The notes under the pieces are model-generated. The model had not been told where the DNA came from, did no database searches, and worked only from the letters and a program-made list of their open reading frames with translations. Positions 29,789 to 33,906 of a DNA stretch of 33,906 nucleotides are shown here, in pieces. The stretch lies in assembly GCA_030640985.1 (NCBI GenBank), contig DAOWII010000107.1, forward strand, positions 1 through 33,906, given 5' to 3'. The DNA comes from Chromatiales bacterium. GTDB lineage: Bacteria > Pseudomonadota > Gammaproteobacteria > Thiohalomonadales > Thiohalomonadaceae. The first letter of the stretch is position 1. Every line of letters starts with the position of its first letter. Position numbers and translations under genes: made by a program.

Positions 29789-30016
29789 TTAATCAGTTAC
29801 TTTAAACGTCTCTTGAGCAACGGCTGGAAAATTTTCTGCCATCGATATTTCATTAGCAGGAATCACACCATCCCCACCTCTTGTAGGCCCACTCTCCCAA
29901 CTACTGGGGAACGCCGTACCAGGAGCAGCAAAGGTACTGACTGAAAAAATCAAAGCATAAGCCAGGGCAAATGTAATTACTGGCCAAATCATCAGTTGTT
30001 TTATTGACATACTCAT
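29789..30016 (-). CDS. Small hypothetical secreted protein (about 73-75 aa precursor)
   Basis: Signal peptide (IWPVITFALAYALIFSVSTFA-AP) followed by a mature part of about 45 aa. The RBS aaagga fits the third-codon ATG (30010) best. The gene has its own terminator. I recognise no family. Confidence 0.45.
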   Translation of the reverse strand: MSMSIKQLMIWPVITFALAYALIFSVSTFAAPGTAFPSSWESGPTRGGDGVIPANEISMAENFPAVAQETFKVTD

Positions 30017-30227
30017 ATCCTTTGAGAAAACATATCACTCTTTTGATGGGAAAGAACTGCAAGTAGATTAACCATAGTAGATATCTTTGTGTTGGCAAGG
30101 AGATTGAGGAAAATATAAAGTACATAATTCTTTAGATGAGTCAGGTACTCAACAAATTCTGTTAATATTGATGCCTCTTTTCTGTGGCCTGTTATCTGCC
30201 ACCTACTGTCCATCAAAAAATAAACCC

Positions 30228-31388
30228 ATGCCAGCGCCCGCCAAAGTTATTGATCTCTTACATGACCTCATTGCCGCTCCGTCGGTGAGCAGCGTCAGCC
30301 CCGCCTTTGATTCCAGTAATAAACCAGTGATTAGTTTGCTGGCCGAATGGTTGTTGAGCGAAGGTTTTGAGGTGGAAATATTGCCGCTGCCGGGCCAACC
30401 CAACAAGGCCAATCTTATCGCGACTTTGGGAAGTGGCTCCGGTGGGCTGGTGCTGGCCGGACATACCGATACGGTCCCCTTTGATGCAGAAAAATGGAAT
30501 CACGATCCCTTCAAGCTGACCGAGGCCGATAATCGTCTTTACGGACTGGGCATGTCGGATATGAAAAGTTTTTTTGCCCTGGCCATTGAAGCAGCGCGGG
30601 GCTTCGATAAAAACAATTTCCAGCAACCACTCATTATCCTCGCCACCGCCGATGAAGAGAGCACCATGGATGGCGCCAAAGCCCTGGTGGAATTGGGCAA
30701 GCCCAAAGGACGCTATGCAGTGATTGGCGAACCCACCGGCCTCAAACCCATCAATGCCCACAAGGGTATGATGATGGAATCGGTGCGCCTGACAGGACGT
30801 TCCGGCCATTCAAGTGACCCCACTCTAGGTATCAGCGCCCTGGAAGGTATGCAGCAAGCCATGACTGAGATCTTAAAATGGCGGGAAGAATTGCAAAGCC
30901 AGTATCGTGATGCTCTGTTTGCCGTACCCTTTCCTACCCTTAACCTGGGGCACATCCACGGCGGAGACAATCCCAATCGCATCTGTGGCTGTTGTGATCT
31001 ACATATCGATCTACGGCCCCTACCCGGCATGGAGCTGGAGGAACTGCGAGCCACCCTACAACAGCGTCTTTTTCACTTACTACAAGGCAGCGAACTGGAG
31101 CTGAGTATCACGCCTTTGTTTGACGGCACCCCGGCCATGCACACCGACAAAAGCTCGGCCATCGTTAGCGCAGCGGAAAAACTCACCGGTCATGCTGCAG
31201 GTTCAGTGGCCTTCTGCACCGAGGGGCCTTACCTCAATGCCATGGGTATGGAGACGGTGATCCTCGGCCCAGGCGATATTGCCCAGGCCCATCAACCCGA
31301 TGAATTTCTTGCCCTGGATCGCATCCAGCCCACCATAGATTTGCTGAAAAACTTGATTCAGCGCTTTTGCATGGAAAAAACAGGCTAA
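30228..31388 (+). CDS. argE: Acetylornithine deacetylase (M20 family)
   Basis: It aligns by eye with E. coli ArgE from MPAPAKVIDLLHDLIAAPSVSS: LAGHTDTVPFD, LYGLGMSDMKSFFA, ILATADEESTMDGA, GEPT. The track ORF begins 60 nt upstream at a TTG. Confidence 0.9.
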   Translation: MPAPAKVIDLLHDLIAAPSVSSVSPAFDSSNKPVISLLAEWLLSEGFEVEILPLPGQPNKANLIATLGSGSGGLVLAGHTDTVPFDAEKWNHDPFKLTEADNRLYGLGMSDMKSFFALAIEAARGFDKNNFQQPLIILATADEESTMDGAKALVELGKPKGRYAVIGEPTGLKPINAHKGMMMESVRLTGRSGHSSDPTLGISALEGMQQAMTEILKWREELQSQYRDALFAVPFPTLNLGHIHGGDNPNRICGCCDLHIDLRPLPGMELEELRATLQQRLFHLLQGSELELSITPLFDGTPAMHTDKSSAIVSAAEKLTGHAAGSVAFCTEGPYLNAMGMETVILGPGDIAQAHQPDEFLALDRIQPTIDLLKNLIQRFCMEKTG

Positions 31389-31517
31389 ATCCGCTTCATC
31401 AGACTTGCGTCAACCGGCCTCTCCCACCACAATAAGCATCTGGAACTCTCTGATTAAACAGACTTTTTTATAAACTTGTTATAACAACCCTTACAGATAC
31501 AAAAACAGGCACATACT

Positions 31518-32846
31518 GTGAACACGGAAACACCACTCGACCTACAGACCTTTGTTAGCTGGTTTCGTAACTCGGCACCCTATATCAATGCGTTCCGTGG
31601 TCGTACTTTTGTGATCAGTTTTGGCGGAGAACTGATCGCCGAACAACAGTTCGCCAACCTGGTACATGACATTGCTCTGCTCAACAGCCTGGGCGTACGG
31701 CTGGTGCTGGTGCATGGGGCCCGGCCCCAGATCGAGGAACGGCTCAAAGCACGTAATGTGGAAATACAATACGTTGATGACCTACGCGTCACCGATGCCG
31801 ATGCACTTGCCTGCGTGATCGAAGCCGCGGGTTCCGTGCGGGTAGAGATCGAAGCACTGCTCTCCATGGGGCTAGCCAACTCGCCCATGGCCGGGGCCTC
31901 CATCCGTGTCACCAGTGGTAATTTTGTCACCGCCAAGCCCCTGGGTATTCGTGACGGTATCGATTTCTGTCACACCGGTGAAGTGCGCAACATTGATATC
32001 GCTGCCATTAATAATCAGCTGGATAACAACAGCATCGTTGTACTGTCGCCGCTGGGTTACTCACCCACTGGTGAAGTGTTCAACCTCAGCGCAGAAGATG
32101 TCGCCAGCAGTGCCGCCAGCCAACTGGGGGCGGATAAACTCATCAGCCTCATCGATGGTTCCGGCCTGAAAGATGCGGGCAATAGTCTGATGCGTGAACT
32201 GACGCCCATCGCGGCAGATGAATTACTCAATACACGGGATGATATTCCACCGGCAATTCGCAAGTGTCTGGGAAGCGCCATATATGCCTGCAATCATGGG
32301 GTACGGCGTAGCCACCTCATCGACCGCCACGTGGATGGTGCTATTTTACTGGAACTATTTACCCGCGATGGTATCGGCACCCTGATCACCGCCGAGACCT
32401 TTGAAGATATGCGTCAGGCCAATATCGAAGACGTGGGCGGTATCCTGGAGCTGATCGAGCCACTGGAAGAAGAAGGCATACTGGTTCGCCGTTCGCGGGA
32501 ACTGCTGGAAGTGGAGATCGATCATTTCTACGTAGTGGAACGGGATGGCACAATCATCGCCTGTACAGCACTCTATCCTTTTGCGAAACAAAAACTGGGA
32601 GAATTAGCCTGCCTGGCCGTACACAAGGACTACCGTAATGGCGGTCGTGGTGATGATTTGTTGAAGTATGTCGAGCGAGTGGCCAAAAAACAAAAACTTA
32701 AACGTTTATTTGTTTTTACCACCCGTACCGCACACTGGTTTCAAGAACGCGGCTTTAATACAGTGGAACTGGACGCGCTGCCCATTGAGCGACAGCAGGC
32801 CTATAACTACCAACGTCAATCCAGGGTCTTTCTTAAGAAACTTTAA
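31518..32846 (+). CDS. argA: Amino-acid N-acetyltransferase (N-acetylglutamate synthase)
   Basis: 442 aa with a GTG start. The AAK domain (FRNSAPYINAFRGRTFVI, VLVHGARPQI) plus a C-terminal GNAT domain are collinear with E. coli ArgA, down to YNYQRQSRVFLKKL. Confidence 0.94.
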   Translation: MNTETPLDLQTFVSWFRNSAPYINAFRGRTFVISFGGELIAEQQFANLVHDIALLNSLGVRLVLVHGARPQIEERLKARNVEIQYVDDLRVTDADALACVIEAAGSVRVEIEALLSMGLANSPMAGASIRVTSGNFVTAKPLGIRDGIDFCHTGEVRNIDIAAINNQLDNNSIVVLSPLGYSPTGEVFNLSAEDVASSAASQLGADKLISLIDGSGLKDAGNSLMRELTPIAADELLNTRDDIPPAIRKCLGSAIYACNHGVRRSHLIDRHVDGAILLELFTRDGIGTLITAETFEDMRQANIEDVGGILELIEPLEEEGILVRRSRELLEVEIDHFYVVERDGTIIACTALYPFAKQKLGELACLAVHKDYRNGGRGDDLLKYVERVAKKQKLKRLFVFTTRTAHWFQERGFNTVELDALPIERQQAYNYQRQSRVFLKKL

Positions 32847-32893
32847 TTTAAGAAGCTGTAGTTAAAAACCAGAACAAGGAACTATAGACGACC

Positions 32894-33724
32894 ATGGGTA
32901 AACGACAATTGAATGGTCATACCCGCCCATTTCTGAAATGGGCGGGTAATAAATATCAGATCATCGATCGCATCAAACAACAACTGCCCGAAGGCAAACG
33001 TCTCATCGAACCCTTCGCCGGTTCCGGTGCCGTGTTTCTCAATACCGACTACCCACGTTATTTACTCACCGACACCAATAACGATCTGATTAATCTTTAC
33101 AACTTCCTGAAAAAAGAAGGACAGGAATTTATCGAATATTGCCGCCCGCTTTATTCAGAAAAAAATAATCAGGAAGAACGTTATTACGCCCTGCGCGATG
33201 AATTCAATTCTTGCTCAGACAGTCGCAGACGATCCGCCCTGTTCGTTTACCTGAATCGACACGGTTATAATGGACTGTGTCGGTATAACAAGAAGGGTGG
33301 CTACAATGTCCCCTTTGGTCGTTACAAGCGCCCCTACTTCCCTGAAAAAGAAATGGTCGCCTTTCATCTAAAAGCAAAACGGGCCACCTTCAAATATCAG
33401 GATTTTCAAACCACCATCAAACAAGCCCGCGAAGGCGATGTTATTTATTGTGACCCACCCTATGTGCCTTTAAGCCCCTCGGCCAACTTCACCAGTTACA
33501 GCTCAGGTGGATTTGATATGGAGCTTCAGCAAACTCTTGCAGATATTGCCACACAAGCGGCCGAGCGTAATATCCCGGTACTCATATCCAATCATAAAAC
33601 AAAATTCACGGAAGAGGCTTATCAAGCAGCCAGTGATATCAAACGTTTTCATGTTCGTCGCTATATTAGTTGTAATGGCAATAAACGCGGCAAAGCAGGG
33701 GAGCTGCTCGCCTTATTTGATTAG
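32894..33724 (+). CDS. dam: DNA adenine methyltransferase (GATC-specific Dam orthologue)
   Basis: 276 aa, collinear with E. coli Dam. FLKWAGNKY, EPFAGSGAVFLNTD (AdoMet site), LNRHGYNGLCRYNKKGGYNVPFGRYKRPYFP, the catalytic YCDPPYVPLS, and LISNH. Confidence 0.93.
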   Translation: MGKRQLNGHTRPFLKWAGNKYQIIDRIKQQLPEGKRLIEPFAGSGAVFLNTDYPRYLLTDTNNDLINLYNFLKKEGQEFIEYCRPLYSEKNNQEERYYALRDEFNSCSDSRRRSALFVYLNRHGYNGLCRYNKKGGYNVPFGRYKRPYFPEKEMVAFHLKAKRATFKYQDFQTTIKQAREGDVIYCDPPYVPLSPSANFTSYSSGGFDMELQQTLADIATQAAERNIPVLISNHKTKFTEEAYQAASDIKRFHVRRYISCNGNKRGKAGELLALFD

Positions 33725-33752
33725 ATTCGTGGTATATCGCTGATTAGGGATA

Positions 33753-33826
33753 CAGTTGTTTCGCTCAGCAGGAATGGCGCATGGATGTGCCGATTATGGA
33801 GCTAAGGATGTAGGGCGAAACAACTG
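33753..33826. repeat. 12 bp perfect inverted repeat (cagttgtttcgc / gcgaaacaactg) enclosing a 50 nt loop with an internal hairpin
   Basis: Read directly: arms at 33753-33764 and 33815-33826, extendable to about 15 bp with one bulge (gat-a-cag / ctgatc). The inner hairpin is GGCGCA-tgga-TGTGCC. Confidence 0.5.
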
Positions 33827-33843
33827 ATCAACCAAAACCCCAA

Positions 33844-33906
33844 CTATTTCCCTGCCCGAATCAACACACCCAAACCGGCCTCATCCAACACTCCATTTAG
33901 ATGTTC
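33844..33906 (-). CDS. Possible C-terminal end of an unidentified minus-strand gene entering from the right window edge
   Basis: The minus-strand frame reads EHLNGVLDEAGLGVLIRAGK then TAG (stop at 33844-33846). Only 20 codons are visible, so it cannot be assigned. Confidence 0.2.
   Translation of the reverse strand, partial: EHLNGVLDEAGLGVLIRAGK

Noticed and set aside
33753-33826. The inverted repeat after dam as an integron attC site.
   Set aside because: The arm ends (GTTTCGC / GCGAAAC) do not fit the attC R'/R'' consensus (GTTRRRY / RYYYAAC). No integron integrase or cassette array is present in the window.

Overview
This looks like a chromosomal core region of a moderate-GC gammaproteobacterium (GC about 50% by eye); I cannot name the genus from sequence alone. 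Nearly everything is recognisable housekeeping. In order: guaB (partial) divergent from xseA, an M23 peptidase, an orphan OmpR-type response regulator, a DUF3579 protein, clpB with a textbook sigma32 promoter, and a response regulator/histidine kinase pair. A minus-strand run follows: plsC-like acyltransferase, def, ACT/GcvR-like, rimI, family-4 UDG, leuA, pssA, short-type psd, ilvC, ilvH, ilvI. Next come a DUF4124 protein, a MIF-like tautomerase, proS and a lytic transglycosylase. A roughly 4 kb block (23.7-27.7 kb) holds poorly characterised genes: a small membrane protein, DUF4389, a DUF45/M48 metallopeptidase, a possible VapD/Cas2-like small protein, a spermidine-synthase-like protein, and a degenerate PilZ-like protein behind a 457 bp AT-rich leader. 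The window ends with ilvD, a small secreted protein, argE, argA and a Dam orthologue. I found no rRNA, tRNA, CRISPR array, IS element, transposase or integrase, and no known defence system. I do not see a convincing complete novel multi-gene system. The best leads are the VapD-like/DUF45 pair, an orphan promoter plus terminator in the 9.7-9.96 kb convergent spacer (candidate sRNA), a 483 bp structured spacer upstream of leuA, the long leader of the PilZ-like gene, and Dam in a non-canonical context followed by a long-stem inverted repeat. All family assignments come from motif recognition by eye, not database searches.
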